Positions 1 through 10,271 are shown, numbered from the stretch's first letter. The stretch is DNA of 51,151 bases from Nostoc sp. DedSLP01 (GCA_034530875.2 JAVRCJ020000049.1:1-51151), one strand, 5' to 3'. Program-made: numbers and translations. Notes: generated by a model from the sequence alone, not told the origin.

Positions 1-79
1 TGGATTTTTCACCACCTTTTACTCCCCACAACTCTTGCTCTTATTACTTTACTTGGACTTGTGTGTACACCGTAGCTAG

Positions 80-178
80 TCCCCACACTTTCCTATCTCC
101 TCATCTCCCCCCTTTCTACCCACACTCCCCCCACCTCCCACACTCCTTATTTCCCCCATACCCAATGCCCAATCTCCA
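80..178. repeat. Degenerate STRR-type heptamer repeats (CCCCACA/CCCAATN)
   Basis: Pyrimidine-rich 7-mer iterations such as ccccata cccaatg cccaatc. Confidence 0.6.
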
Positions 179-260
179 AGTTCCTCACAACTTCCTCAAA
201 TTGTTTATTTAGCATTAATAATGTGGATCGAACGTCGGCAAAATGAGGTTAATTCTGCTG

Positions 261-644
261 ATGAATATTGTTAGGAAAATTAATGCTGAATTAGCGATCG
301 CTGGACAAATTACACTAGTTCAGCTGCAAGAATTAGCTGATGAGGGTTATAAGTCTGTAATAAACCTTCGTTTAGCTGAAGAAACAGGTTTCTTGCTTGA
401 TGAAAAGGAGAAAGCTGAACTTTTGCAGTTGTACTATATTAATTTACCCTTCAAAACTGAAAACATTACTTATCAAAATACCCTCAAGATATTTCAGGCG
501 ATCGTTGAATTACCAAAACCGACTCTCATCCACTGCGATAATTCAATTCGTTCTGCCATAATAGTATTATTATATATTGCTCTCAAACAGGGCATACAAT
601 TTGAACAAGCACTGCAAAAGGTTATTCAATTAGGCTTAATTTAG
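261..644 (+). CDS. Beta-lactamase-hydrolase-like / DUF442-type phosphatase-sulfurtransferase fold protein
   Basis: AIAGQ..., GYKSVINLR, PTLIHCDNSIRS (HC-x4-R loop); ORF track starts at 243, second ATG at 261 is more typical. Confidence 0.7.
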   Translation: MNIVRKINAELAIAGQITLVQLQELADEGYKSVINLRLAEETGFLLDEKEKAELLQLYYINLPFKTENITYQNTLKIFQAIVELPKPTLIHCDNSIRSAIIVLLYIALKQGIQFEQALQKVIQLGLI

Positions 645-832
645 CTATTACAATCAGGCAAAAATTACAAAAAATAAATAATTTTGAATAATTCAGAAGT
701 CAGAACAAAAAAGTTAGGAATTCATAGGATTTCTCAGCTACTTGCACAGAATTAAATTGGATAATTCTGGTTCCTGACTCTTGAATTCTGTTTGATAAAG
801 GTTAACTGAACTCAAATCCTCTTTCTTTCCTT

Positions 833-921
833 CTGACTTGTAAGTGGGGAGTAGGGAGTAGGGGAAAGACCACTTTCATACTTGGTGGTGAAACTTGTTT
901 TATCGGGACTGCCTCCTGCCT
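833..921 (-). repeat. Dispersed ~90-bp STRR-containing repeat element (second copy at 46219-46319)
   Basis: Reverse complement GCAGGAGGCAGTCCCGATAAAACAAGTTTCACCACCAAGTATGAAAGTGGTCTTTCCCCTACTCCC...ACTTACAAGTCAG matches the copy in the NRPS almost exactly. Confidence 0.9.
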
Positions 922-1201
922 GATTTTGACGATAATTATTCACAACAACCTACTTAAATCGTTTTTGTAAAAAAGAATTGTATTTATCGATTCTATCAAC
1001 TTGAGTCTTTCTCGATTATTTCATACCATAGCTAGAAGCAAGGGCTTTTGCTTTTATTTAGCATCAAAGTAATAATCTGGTTCGCAGAACACTCATGCAG
1101 AGAGTGTAATACCAATTTGCAATTAAGAAATTCAGATTTTATTACAGTTGTTGAGGAGAAAAGAATGAGGTTCTGAATTAGTTAAATCTTTGGAATTCGT
1201 C

Positions 1202-3610
1202 ATGTATGAATTATTTCAAGCTATCTTTAACAGTGATGAAAAAACTGTTCTACACCAGTTAATTGATGTGTTGAATGCTTCAGGTAAGCATTACTTCTTA
1301 AGAAACGAAATTTTACAAATTTTTGCAGACTACTGTCAACAAAACCAAAAGCCAGTTTACTTTTATCACTCTTCTTCTGTAGGTAAACTCATACACTATA
1401 CCCATGAAATAATTCTCGAGGAGTATACTTGGTTTGTTGTTCGGCCGAGGATTGCTAGCCAGGAAGTTTGGCAATTGACAGCTGATTTTACTAGTTTTGA
1501 ACAGACGGTACCCCAAGCGTTGTTAGATGTCAGCGATCGCCTGGTGAACCGCTACCAAAATCAGATTTTGGAAATCGACCTCCAGCCATTTTACGAAGGT
1601 TCCCCAAGAATCGATGACCCCAGAAATATCGGTCAAGGTTTAGCGTTTCTCAATCGTTACTTGTCGAATCAATTATTGGCAGATCCGCAACATTGGCTAG
1701 AACTTTTATATCAGGCTTTACGCAAAATTGATTACCAAGGAATTCCTCTACTAATTGGCGATCGCATCACTTCAGGTATGCAGCTAGCCAAACAAATCAA
1801 GCCAGCCCTGCAATTTCTCAATCGGCAATCCCCTGAGGAACCCTACGAAAAATTTCGCTTCCAACTCCAAGAACTCGGTTTTAAAGCAGGTTGGGGTAAC
1901 ACTGCGGCGCGAGTCCGCCAAACCCTAGAACTCCTCGAACGACTCATTTACTCTCCAGAACCAGCTATTTTAGCAACATTCATCGCCCGTGTCCCGGCTG
2001 TATTTCGCGTAGTCCTGATTTCTATACACGGCTGGGTTGGACAAGATGATGTCTTGGGAAGAGATCAAACACTCGGTCAAGTTGCTTACGTCCTCGAACA
2101 AGCCCGCAGTTTAGAAAACAAACTCCAAGAACAAATCAAACTTGCCGGTCTCGATTTACTAGGAATTAAATCCCATGTAATTATTCTCACCCGGCTAATT
2201 CCTAACTGTGAAGGCACATGTTGTAACCTGCGTCGAGAAAAAGTCCAAGGTACTGAAAACGCTTGGATTTTGCGAATTCCTTTTGCCGAATTCAATCCGA
2301 ATATTACCAACAATTGGATTTCTAAATTTGAAATTTGGCCGTATTTAGAAACTTATGCTTTAGATGCTCAAAGAGAATTACTCGCTGAATTTAAAGGTAA
2401 ACCTAATCTGATTATTGGTAATTACAGCGATGGCAACCTAGTAGCTTTTCTCCTATCTCATAGCCTCAAAGTCACCCAGTGCAATGTTGCCCATTCTTTA
2501 GAAAAACCTAAATATCTATTCAGCAATTTATATTGGCAAGACTTAGAAGATAAATACCACTTCTCAGCACAATTCACTGCTGATTTAATTAGCATGAATG
2601 CAGCTGACTTTATCATCACATCCTCTTATCAAGAAATTGTCGGCACGCCCGATAGTATAGGTCAGTATGAGTCGTACAAGTGGTTTACTATGCCACAACT
2701 TTATCATGTAATTGATGGAATTGATTTATTTAATCCTAAGTTTAACTTTGTACCGCCGGGAGTGAATGAAAATATCTTTTTTCCCTACAGCCAAAAATTA
2801 GACCGAGACCCTGACCTTGGCACACAAACTCACGACTTACTTTTTAGCCGTCAAGACCCGCAAATCTTTGGAGAATTAAGTAATCCTCATCAAAGGCCAA
2901 TTTTAGCCGTTACTGGGTTTACTTCTCTCAAAAATATTACTGGTTTAGCTGAATGCTTCGGTAAAAGTCAGGCTTTGCAAGAGCGTTGTAATTTAATTCT
3001 TTTAACTAGTAAACTGCATTTACATCAAGCTACAAACTCAGAAGAAAAAGAAGAAATCCAAAAGCTACACGACATTATTAATCAATATCATCTCCACGGT
3101 AAAATTCGCTGGTTAGGGATGCGCCTCTCCAGCCGCGACCTCGGTGAAGCCTATCGAATAATTGCAGATTGTCAAGGAATTTATGTCCAATTTTCCCTAT
3201 TTGAACCCTTCGGCAGGTCTATTCTAGAAGCTATGATTTCTGGTTTGCCAGCTTTTACAACTCAATTTGGCGGTTCTTTAGAAATTATCCAAAACGAAGA
3301 AAATAGATTTTATATTAATCCTACAGACTTAGAAGGAGCAGCAAATAAAATTCTAGATTTCCTAGAAAAATGTGATACTCATCCCGAACAATGGTATGAA
3401 GTTTCCGAATGGATGAGTCGGCGAATTCACAACAGATACAATTGGCATTCGCACACCGAACAATTATTGATGCTGACTAAAATATTTAGTTTTTGGAACT
3501 TTGTTGCTCCAGAAAATAACGAAGCCAGAGATCGTTACATGGAAACGTTATTTCATCTGATATATAAACCTAGAGCCGAAAAGATTTTGGAAAAACATCT
3601 GGGTGCATGA
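1202..3610 (+). CDS. susB: Sucrose synthase (SusB-type, GT4)
   Basis: ~800 aa; GWGNTAARV, IGNYSDGNLVA, AHSLEK, YHFSAQFTAD, GQYESY, FNPKFNFVPPG motifs; ATG at 1202 preferred over TTG 1190. Confidence 0.9.
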   Translation: MYELFQAIFNSDEKTVLHQLIDVLNASGKHYFLRNEILQIFADYCQQNQKPVYFYHSSSVGKLIHYTHEIILEEYTWFVVRPRIASQEVWQLTADFTSFEQTVPQALLDVSDRLVNRYQNQILEIDLQPFYEGSPRIDDPRNIGQGLAFLNRYLSNQLLADPQHWLELLYQALRKIDYQGIPLLIGDRITSGMQLAKQIKPALQFLNRQSPEEPYEKFRFQLQELGFKAGWGNTAARVRQTLELLERLIYSPEPAILATFIARVPAVFRVVLISIHGWVGQDDVLGRDQTLGQVAYVLEQARSLENKLQEQIKLAGLDLLGIKSHVIILTRLIPNCEGTCCNLRREKVQGTENAWILRIPFAEFNPNITNNWISKFEIWPYLETYALDAQRELLAEFKGKPNLIIGNYSDGNLVAFLLSHSLKVTQCNVAHSLEKPKYLFSNLYWQDLEDKYHFSAQFTADLISMNAADFIITSSYQEIVGTPDSIGQYESYKWFTMPQLYHVIDGIDLFNPKFNFVPPGVNENIFFPYSQKLDRDPDLGTQTHDLLFSRQDPQIFGELSNPHQRPILAVTGFTSLKNITGLAECFGKSQALQERCNLILLTSKLHLHQATNSEEKEEIQKLHDIINQYHLHGKIRWLGMRLSSRDLGEAYRIIADCQGIYVQFSLFEPFGRSILEAMISGLPAFTTQFGGSLEIIQNEENRFYINPTDLEGAANKILDFLEKCDTHPEQWYEVSEWMSRRIHNRYNWHSHTEQLLMLTKIFSFWNFVAPENNEARDRYMETLFHLIYKPRAEKILEKHLGA

Positions 3611-3630
3611 GGGAGTAGGGAGTATCAATC

Positions 3631-6609
3631 GTGGAAACAAAAGGTTCTTCTCGCCATTTTATTTACACAGACTGGATATTAACTGAAACCCAGTTTGACG
3701 CAGAGCAATTGCACTCCAAAGAAACCGTCTTTACAATCGGCAATGGATATCTGGGAACAAGGGGCAGTTTTGAGGAAGGTTATCCTCATGCATTGTCGGC
3801 TACTTTTATCCACGGCGTCTATGACGATGTGCCGGTGATGTACACTGAACTAGTTAATTGCCCTGATTGGTTACCTTTGGTAGCGATTATAGATGCTGAA
3901 CGCTTCCGTCTCGACCAAGGTGAAATATTGCGGTACGAGCGTCAGCTTAACCTACGTCAGGGGCTTCTGTGCCGTTTTATCCGTTGGCGTTCTCCTAGTG
4001 GAAAAACCATAGATATCTATTTTGAACGCTTTGCGAGTTTTGCAGATCGGCATGTGTTAGGGCTGCGCTGTCAGTTAACACCAGTGGATTTCGATGGATT
4101 AATTGAAGTTCAGGGAAGCATTAACGGCTATGCAGAAAATCAGGGTTTTAATCACTGGGAAGGATTAGACCAAGGCAAGACTGACGAAGGAATTTGGTTA
4201 CAACGCCGCACCCGTAACTCCCAAATTGAACTAGGTATGGCAGTTAAGATGACAATATCGGGGGTGGAAGCATCTTTTCAAGTCAATACTGCACCCGGTT
4301 ATCCCACCCTCAGCACCACCTTCCTAACTAAAGCGCAACAGACAGTGACAGTAGAAAAACTCGCGACCGTTTTTACTTCGCGGGAGGTTGAAACACCAGT
4401 CGCAGCAGCTCGAGAAAAACTCGCGTGTTTGCCAGACTATGCAACACTACGAGAAGCCAACGAGCAAGCATGGCATGAGGTTTGGCAACAAAACGATATT
4501 CTCATTGAAGGCGATCGCACTGCGGCTTTTGCTGTTCGCTACAATCTGTTTCAGTTGCTAATTGCTGGGTCGCGCCACGACGATAAGGCCAGCATTCCGG
4601 CAAAAACTCTTTCAGGATTTGGCTATCGCGGTCATATTTTTTGGGATACAGAAATTTTTATGCTGCCCTTTTTTCTGTTTACCCAACCAACCATCGCCCG
4701 AAATTTACTGAGTTACCGTTGGCACACATTACCAGGAGCCAGACGTAAAGCAGTTCATTACGGCTATAAAGGAGCAATGTTTTCTTGGGAAAGTGCTGTT
4801 ACTGGCGATGAAGTCACCCCGCGCTGGTTACTTCCGACTGATTTTTATGGTGAAGACGTGCGGATTTGGTGCCGCGATCGCGAAATTCATATCAATGCAG
4901 ATATCCCCTACGCCGCTTGGAACTACTGGCAAGCCACGGGCGACGATTGGTGGATGCAAAAATACGGCGCAGATATAATTTTGGATACCGCTATTTTTTG
5001 GGCTAGCCGCGTGGAATTCAATGCCGAACGCGAACAATATGAAATCAAAGGAGTAATCGGAACCGACGAATACCATGAATTAGTCCACAATAACGTCTTT
5101 ACAAACCGTATGGTGCAATGGCATCTAGAAAAAGCGATCGCAATTTTTGATTGGTTGAATCATAAATACCCAGAACGAGCCACGGAATTAGAAGGGAGAC
5201 TGCAACTGACAAAAGAACAGCTAAACCACTGGCAAGACATCATCGCCAAAATGTTACTGTTTTACGACCCATCAACAGAATTAATCGAGCAGTTTCAGGG
5301 ATTTTTCCAATTAGAAGATATCAACTTAGCAGATTATCAAGGGCGCGATCGCTCCATGCAAGCCATCTTAGGTATCGATAAAACCAATAAACATCAAATA
5401 CTCAAACAGCCTGATGTCTTAATGCTGCTTTATTTAATGCGAGAATCGGCAGATTTTCCTTACAGCGAAAAAGCATTGCAGACAAACTGGGATTACTACG
5501 CACCCCGCACTGATATCAGTTATGGTTCGTCTCTCGGCCCCCCAGTTCACGCCATCTTAGCTTCAGATTTGCATATATCCACAGAAGCCTACAAACTGTT
5601 TATGCAGTCAGTAATGGTGGATTTGGAAGACAACCGAGGTAACACCGCCGATGGAATTCATGGGGCTACCGCTGGAGGCGTTTGGCAAGCTGTAATTTTT
5701 GGCTTCGGTGGTATCCAATTCACTCAAAATCGCCCTGTCGCCAACCCGCATTTACCTGCTAACTGGACGCGCCTGAAATTTAAACTCCACTGGCAAGGGT
5801 TATCGTATGAGTTTGACTTGCATGGAGAAATAGGGAGTGGGGAATTGGGAGTAGGGAGTAGGGAAGAGGGAACAACAAGACAAGAGGAAAAGGGAAATAA
5901 GCAATCCCCAATCCCCACCCCCCATTCCCTACTCCCCACTCCCCACTCCCCAAATATCCAAGCAGTCATCTTCGACTTAGATGGTGTACTGACGGATACA
6001 GCAGAACTTCATTATTTAGCTTGGCAGAAATTAGCAGATGAAGAGGGTATACCTTTTAATCGGGCGGCCAATGAAGCGTTGCGGGGTTTATCCCGTCGTG
6101 TTTCGCTAATGCAAATGATTGGGGATAGACCGTATTCAGAAGCACAAATCGAGGAAATGATGGAGCGCAAGAACCGCTACTATGTGGAATCGCTAAAGAA
6201 TATGAGTTCTAAGGATTTGCTACCGGGAGCGATCGCACTTTTGGATGAACTGCGGCAAGCCGGGATTAAAATAGCCATTGGCTCAACTAGCAAAAATGCC
6301 CGCACGGTAATCGAGCGATTGGGTATTGCCGATAAACTAGATGCGATCGCTGATGGTTATAGCGTACAGCAACCCAAGCCAGCACCAGATTTGTTTGTCT
6401 ATGCAGCCAAAGAATTAGGAATCGAACCAGCGCAATCTGTAGTTGTAGAAGATGCAGCTGCCGGTATTGAGGCGGCTCTAGCTGCTGGGATGTGGGCAGT
6501 AGGTATTGGCCCAACTGAGCGATTTCAAGGCGCTCATGTAATTTTGCCTAGCCTAGCAGGAGTCAAATGGGCAGATCTACGAAACCAATTACAAAACTCT
6601 CAAAAATAA
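3631..6609 (+). CDS. GH65 glycoside phosphorylase (trehalose/maltose/kojibiose type) fused to C-terminal beta-phosphoglucomutase (HAD)
   Basis: GNGYLGTRG, GYRGHIFWDTE, GTDEYHE, KQPDV, SSL motifs; C-terminal FDLDGVLTDT, KPAPD, VVEDA. Confidence 0.92.
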   Translation: METKGSSRHFIYTDWILTETQFDAEQLHSKETVFTIGNGYLGTRGSFEEGYPHALSATFIHGVYDDVPVMYTELVNCPDWLPLVAIIDAERFRLDQGEILRYERQLNLRQGLLCRFIRWRSPSGKTIDIYFERFASFADRHVLGLRCQLTPVDFDGLIEVQGSINGYAENQGFNHWEGLDQGKTDEGIWLQRRTRNSQIELGMAVKMTISGVEASFQVNTAPGYPTLSTTFLTKAQQTVTVEKLATVFTSREVETPVAAAREKLACLPDYATLREANEQAWHEVWQQNDILIEGDRTAAFAVRYNLFQLLIAGSRHDDKASIPAKTLSGFGYRGHIFWDTEIFMLPFFLFTQPTIARNLLSYRWHTLPGARRKAVHYGYKGAMFSWESAVTGDEVTPRWLLPTDFYGEDVRIWCRDREIHINADIPYAAWNYWQATGDDWWMQKYGADIILDTAIFWASRVEFNAEREQYEIKGVIGTDEYHELVHNNVFTNRMVQWHLEKAIAIFDWLNHKYPERATELEGRLQLTKEQLNHWQDIIAKMLLFYDPSTELIEQFQGFFQLEDINLADYQGRDRSMQAILGIDKTNKHQILKQPDVLMLLYLMRESADFPYSEKALQTNWDYYAPRTDISYGSSLGPPVHAILASDLHISTEAYKLFMQSVMVDLEDNRGNTADGIHGATAGGVWQAVIFGFGGIQFTQNRPVANPHLPANWTRLKFKLHWQGLSYEFDLHGEIGSGELGVGSREEGTTRQEEKGNKQSPIPTPHSLLPTPHSPNIQAVIFDLDGVLTDTAELHYLAWQKLADEEGIPFNRAANEALRGLSRRVSLMQMIGDRPYSEAQIEEMMERKNRYYVESLKNMSSKDLLPGAIALLDELRQAGIKIAIGSTSKNARTVIERLGIADKLDAIADGYSVQQPKPAPDLFVYAAKELGIEPAQSVVVEDAAAGIEAALAAGMWAVGIGPTERFQGAHVILPSLAGVKWADLRNQLQNSQK
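5829..5955. repeat. Inverted STRR heptamer arrays in the GH65-PGM interdomain linker
   Basis: GGGAGTA/GGGAGTG units facing TCCCCAC/TCCCTAC units, translated in frame as GSGELGVGSRE...PTPHSLLPTPHSP. Confidence 0.85.
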
Positions 6610-6674
6610 AACGGAGGGTAAATAAAATCAATTCAAAATTCAGAAAAATGGGTTATAAAAGCTGATTCACAGAA

Positions 6675-6787
6675 TTATCGAAACAATCGGATCTAAAACC
6701 GTACTTTGTCCAAAGTTTTTGGAACGGGGTATAAATCCTCGTTACAAAAACGGCCTCCAGCAATAACTGTCCCCTACCTTCGTTAAC
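6675..6787 (+). repeat. Dispersed ~110-bp repeat, copy 1
   Basis: TTATCGAAACAATCGG...TCCAAAGTTTTTGGAACGGGGTATAAATCCTCGTTACAAAAACGGCCTCC...CCTTCGTTAAC, also at 38522-38750 and 44362-44420. Confidence 0.9.
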
Positions 6788-6950
6788 AGCTTGATTAAAC
6801 AGTCAATAATAATCAACTAACAGGTTGGTAACTAATAATTTGTAACTGATAACCCATAATTAAGAACTATATAAATTTCAAAAGCTAAAATCGTCGCAGT
6901 AAGGAACCTAAAATGAAACCCAAGGTGAGATATCCAATAGGAGCAAAAGC

Positions 6951-8303
6951 GTGAATTTGGACGATTTAGCCTTACAGATACAAAATATGCGTAAGCGTGT
7001 CGGCCTTTTGCAAAGCGAAAGTGACCTGCAAAAAGTAAAGCAAGATATTGAAGTATTTGCTGAAGTATTAAAAGAAGCCTATCTAGCTTTAGAAAAATTG
7101 CAAATAGCTAATGAAGGCCTACGGCAACAAAATGAACAATTATCAAATATTCAAAAAGCTTTAACAGTAGAACATCAACGCTACCAGGAATTCTTTGATG
7201 AGGTACCAGATGCTTATTTAATAACTAATACAAGGGGTGTAATTTCGGAAGCGAATTCTGCTGCTCTTACTCTATTTAATATTTCTAAAAATTTATTGTT
7301 AGGCAAATTTTTAGAAAATTTTGTACTGGAGAAAGAGATAATTGCGTTTCATTTGAAACTGAACGAACTGTGCGATCGCCTGCAAATTCCCGACTGGAAA
7401 ACCCAAGAGTGGGAAGTAAATTTACGACCGCATAATAAAACCCCGATTATGGCTGCAATTAAGGTGGCTGCTGTGCGCGATCGACAAGGTGAGTTAGTCA
7501 GTCTACGCTGGCTATTGCGGGACATTACCGAAAGCAAACGAACCCAAGCAAAGTTGGAATGGGCAGAAGAAGCAATGCGACAAGCACTTGCCAAAGAAAG
7601 ACAACTTAGCGAACTGCAATCTCGTTTGCTGACTACCACTTCTCATGAATTTCGCACGCCTTTGGCTGCTATCCATTCTTCTGCGGAATTACTGGAACAT
7701 TATCGCCATCGCTGGAGCGAGGAGCGACAAAATACCCACCTGCGTCGCATTCAAAAATCTGTGATGCAGATGATTCAATTGTTGGATAATGTCTTGATGG
7801 TGAGTCAGGACGAAATCATTAAGTTAGAGTTTAATCCACAACCCTTAAATTTGATAGAATTTTGCCGCCATTTATTAGCAGAATTGCAACAAAACGATCG
7901 CTGCCAACATGCGATTGCTTTTAATAGTGAATCCGAATGTACTGAAGCTAACTTAGATGTTCAACTGCTGCGACAAATCTTAAATAATTTATTCTCCAAT
8001 TCTCTCAAATACTCTTCCATTGGCAGCACAATTAATTTTTCTGTGAACATTACAAACAATCGAGCTATATTCCAAATTCAAGATTTTGGTATTGGTATTC
8101 CTATTTCTGACATTGAATTCATTTTTGAGCCATTCTATCGCGCTAGTAATACCAGTAATATTCCAGGACTAGGATTAGGGATGTCCATTGTCAAAAAAGC
8201 TGTAGATTTGCACGGCGGCGAGATTACTGTCACCAGTGCGATCGATGTCGGAACTACTTTTACAGTTATTCTGCCATTTGCAGGTAATATCGTTAGGAAT
8301 TAA
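6951..8303 (+). CDS. Cytoplasmic PAS-domain sensor histidine kinase
   Basis: Coiled coil, PAS/PAC, H-box SHEFRTPL, N-box NLFSNSLKY, DFGIG, GLGLG. Confidence 0.92.
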   Translation: MNLDDLALQIQNMRKRVGLLQSESDLQKVKQDIEVFAEVLKEAYLALEKLQIANEGLRQQNEQLSNIQKALTVEHQRYQEFFDEVPDAYLITNTRGVISEANSAALTLFNISKNLLLGKFLENFVLEKEIIAFHLKLNELCDRLQIPDWKTQEWEVNLRPHNKTPIMAAIKVAAVRDRQGELVSLRWLLRDITESKRTQAKLEWAEEAMRQALAKERQLSELQSRLLTTTSHEFRTPLAAIHSSAELLEHYRHRWSEERQNTHLRRIQKSVMQMIQLLDNVLMVSQDEIIKLEFNPQPLNLIEFCRHLLAELQQNDRCQHAIAFNSESECTEANLDVQLLRQILNNLFSNSLKYSSIGSTINFSVNITNNRAIFQIQDFGIGIPISDIEFIFEPFYRASNTSNIPGLGLGMSIVKKAVDLHGGEITVTSAIDVGTTFTVILPFAGNIVRN

Positions 8304-8341
8304 ACACTATTCTGGCTGTTGAATTCTTACCTTTTATTTGG

Positions 8342-9268
8342 TTATTCAGGGAAAAATAAACGAATAGAACAAGAAAATCCGGGTAAGAGTGGCGATGTGA
8401 TTTCATCATCATCTAACAAAGTTGCAACTAAAACCAACTGTGCTTTTTCTCGGCGATAAACTTCAACTTTTTGATTGAAGCGATCGACAATCCAATACTC
8501 ACGCACACCTTGAATTGAATATAATTTCAATTTCGCTTCTTTGTCTCTAAGTTCATTTTGTTTTCCAGGAGATAAAACTTCCACTACTAACTCTGGTGCG
8601 CCTATGAGATGTCCAGCTTCATCTTCAATTTGTGCCAGTCGTTCTCGACTTACCCAAACTACATCCGGTATCACGCTATCTGCCTGGGAAAAAATTATCC
8701 CTGGAGTGACAATTGTTTCTCCCAAACCACTTAAATCCGACCAAGTATCTAGTTGTCGAGAAATTTTTACACAGACTTGTTGATGACGACGATGAGGAGT
8801 GCGAGTTACAAATAGTTTTCCATTAATTATTTCATAGCGTGTCCACTCGTTTTCGGGTAGAACCTCTAAATCCTGAACTGTCCAGCGTACTCCATCAATG
8901 GCTTGGTTCATGATTGTCCCCGTTTGTCTTGTTACTTTTGTTTGTTTGATTTTATCTAATTTAAAGATGCTGATGTTGTTCGCTTTTTTTGAATAGCTAC
9001 TGTTTGGAGAGTGCTGGTAGCAACGCAAAACTGTTTGGATATTTTTTTTACATACATCTTGGCCAAATACTTGAGATAGCGATCGCCACAACTGCGAACC
9101 AATTTGTTTAATATAGTCGTGTTCGTAACTGATCTGTAACGCAATTTCCGCATAAGTGCGTCCTAGCCAACTTTCCAGAAAGACTACAGATTGAACGTCA
9201 TTCAGCTTTTGCCCAAACGTAGAGCATAAAAGACTATCTACTAAATTCAGTGCCTCTTCTGCCGTCAT
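8342..9268 (-). CDS. Uma2-family (PD-(D/E)xK) endonuclease with an N-terminal cyanobacterial HTH module
   Basis: C-terminal ~189 aa from ATG 8911: YEIING, IPDVVWV, APELVVEVLSP, KLKLY...GVREYWIVD; N-terminal ~90 aa resembles the HTH that precedes NB-ARC/AAA proteins (LNDVQ...TYAEIA...GSQLWRSLS...V.KKN). Confidence 0.8.
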   Translation of the reverse strand: MTAEEALNLVDSLLCSTFGQKLNDVQSVVFLESWLGRTYAEIALQISYEHDYIKQIGSQLWRSLSQVFGQDVCKKNIQTVLRCYQHSPNSSYSKKANNISIFKLDKIKQTKVTRQTGTIMNQAIDGVRWTVQDLEVLPENEWTRYEIINGKLFVTRTPHRRHQQVCVKISRQLDTWSDLSGLGETIVTPGIIFSQADSVIPDVVWVSRERLAQIEDEAGHLIGAPELVVEVLSPGKQNELRDKEAKLKLYSIQGVREYWIVDRFNQKVEVYRREKAQLVLVATLLDDDEITSPLLPGFSCSIRLFFPE

Positions 9269-9463
9269 TGGTCAGCCTGCTTCATGTATAGGTTAGACTT
9301 ATGAAATTTCCGTTTTTGGGCAGATGATTACGTTAATCTTTACAAATTTTTACAGTAAATACTCACTTTTTCTCACTGATATAGTGATGGCATTTTGCGG
9401 AATAATTAATACACTGTAGGGAGATAATGTATACCTCGAAATTTATAGCAGGAGATTAACCTT

Positions 9464-10240
9464 ATGAAATTTGGTATTGATATGGGGCACAATTGCCCTC
9501 CAGATACGGGGGCAACCGGTATCAAACAAGAAGATACTTTAACTAAAGCAGTTGGTACACTTTTAATCCAAAAACTCAAAGCAGCAGGCCATACGGCTAT
9601 TGATTGCACTCCCACCAGCGCTAGCAGCGTTAACGATTCTTTGAGACAACGAGCTAACAAGGCAAATGCCAATAACGTTAATATTTATGTCTCGATTCAC
9701 TTTAATAAATTCAACGGTGTAGCCAATGGCACAGAAGTTTATGCCATTAGTAACGCATCAAAAGGTATTGCTCAATCAGTTCTTAAAGAGATTGTTAAAC
9801 TTGGTTTTAATAATAGAGGTGTTAAAAATACAGGTTACTTTGTTCTGAAGAATACAGACATGCCAGCTATTTTAATTGAGTGCTGTTTTTGTGATGCCAA
9901 AGTAGATATGGATCGCTTTGATGTCGAGAAAATGGCGGAAGCGATTAAAGATGGATTAATTGGCGAGTCAAATGATGACGACCATAAAGACTCGCAAACT
10001 AAAAATGATAAAAAATACATTTTGGAAATTACAACAAAAACTATTCTCAAGCCTTCTACAGACCAGGGTGCAGACCTACCAAAAGAATCTCTAATTGATA
10101 TTGAGCCAGGGGATTACCCGGTTTTAGATGTCCGTTTTGAGGAAAACCATTATTGGGTTAAGTGGCCTGATAAAAGCAAAGGAAACCGAGATCAACATTT
10201 TGTTTTTGCTGGATATAGCAAAGTTATAGAAAAAGAGTAA
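9464..10240 (+). CDS. N-acetylmuramoyl-L-alanine amidase (Amidase_3) with small C-terminal domain
   Basis: IDMGH, E, SIHFN, PAILIE zinc/catalytic motifs; AGGAG RBS upstream. Confidence 0.92.
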   Translation: MKFGIDMGHNCPPDTGATGIKQEDTLTKAVGTLLIQKLKAAGHTAIDCTPTSASSVNDSLRQRANKANANNVNIYVSIHFNKFNGVANGTEVYAISNASKGIAQSVLKEIVKLGFNNRGVKNTGYFVLKNTDMPAILIECCFCDAKVDMDRFDVEKMAEAIKDGLIGESNDDDHKDSQTKNDKKYILEITTKTILKPSTDQGADLPKESLIDIEPGDYPVLDVRFEENHYWVKWPDKSKGNRDQHFVFAGYSKVIEKE

Positions 10241-10271
10241 CTAATTTTTCTATAACTTTGTTGAACAACTT

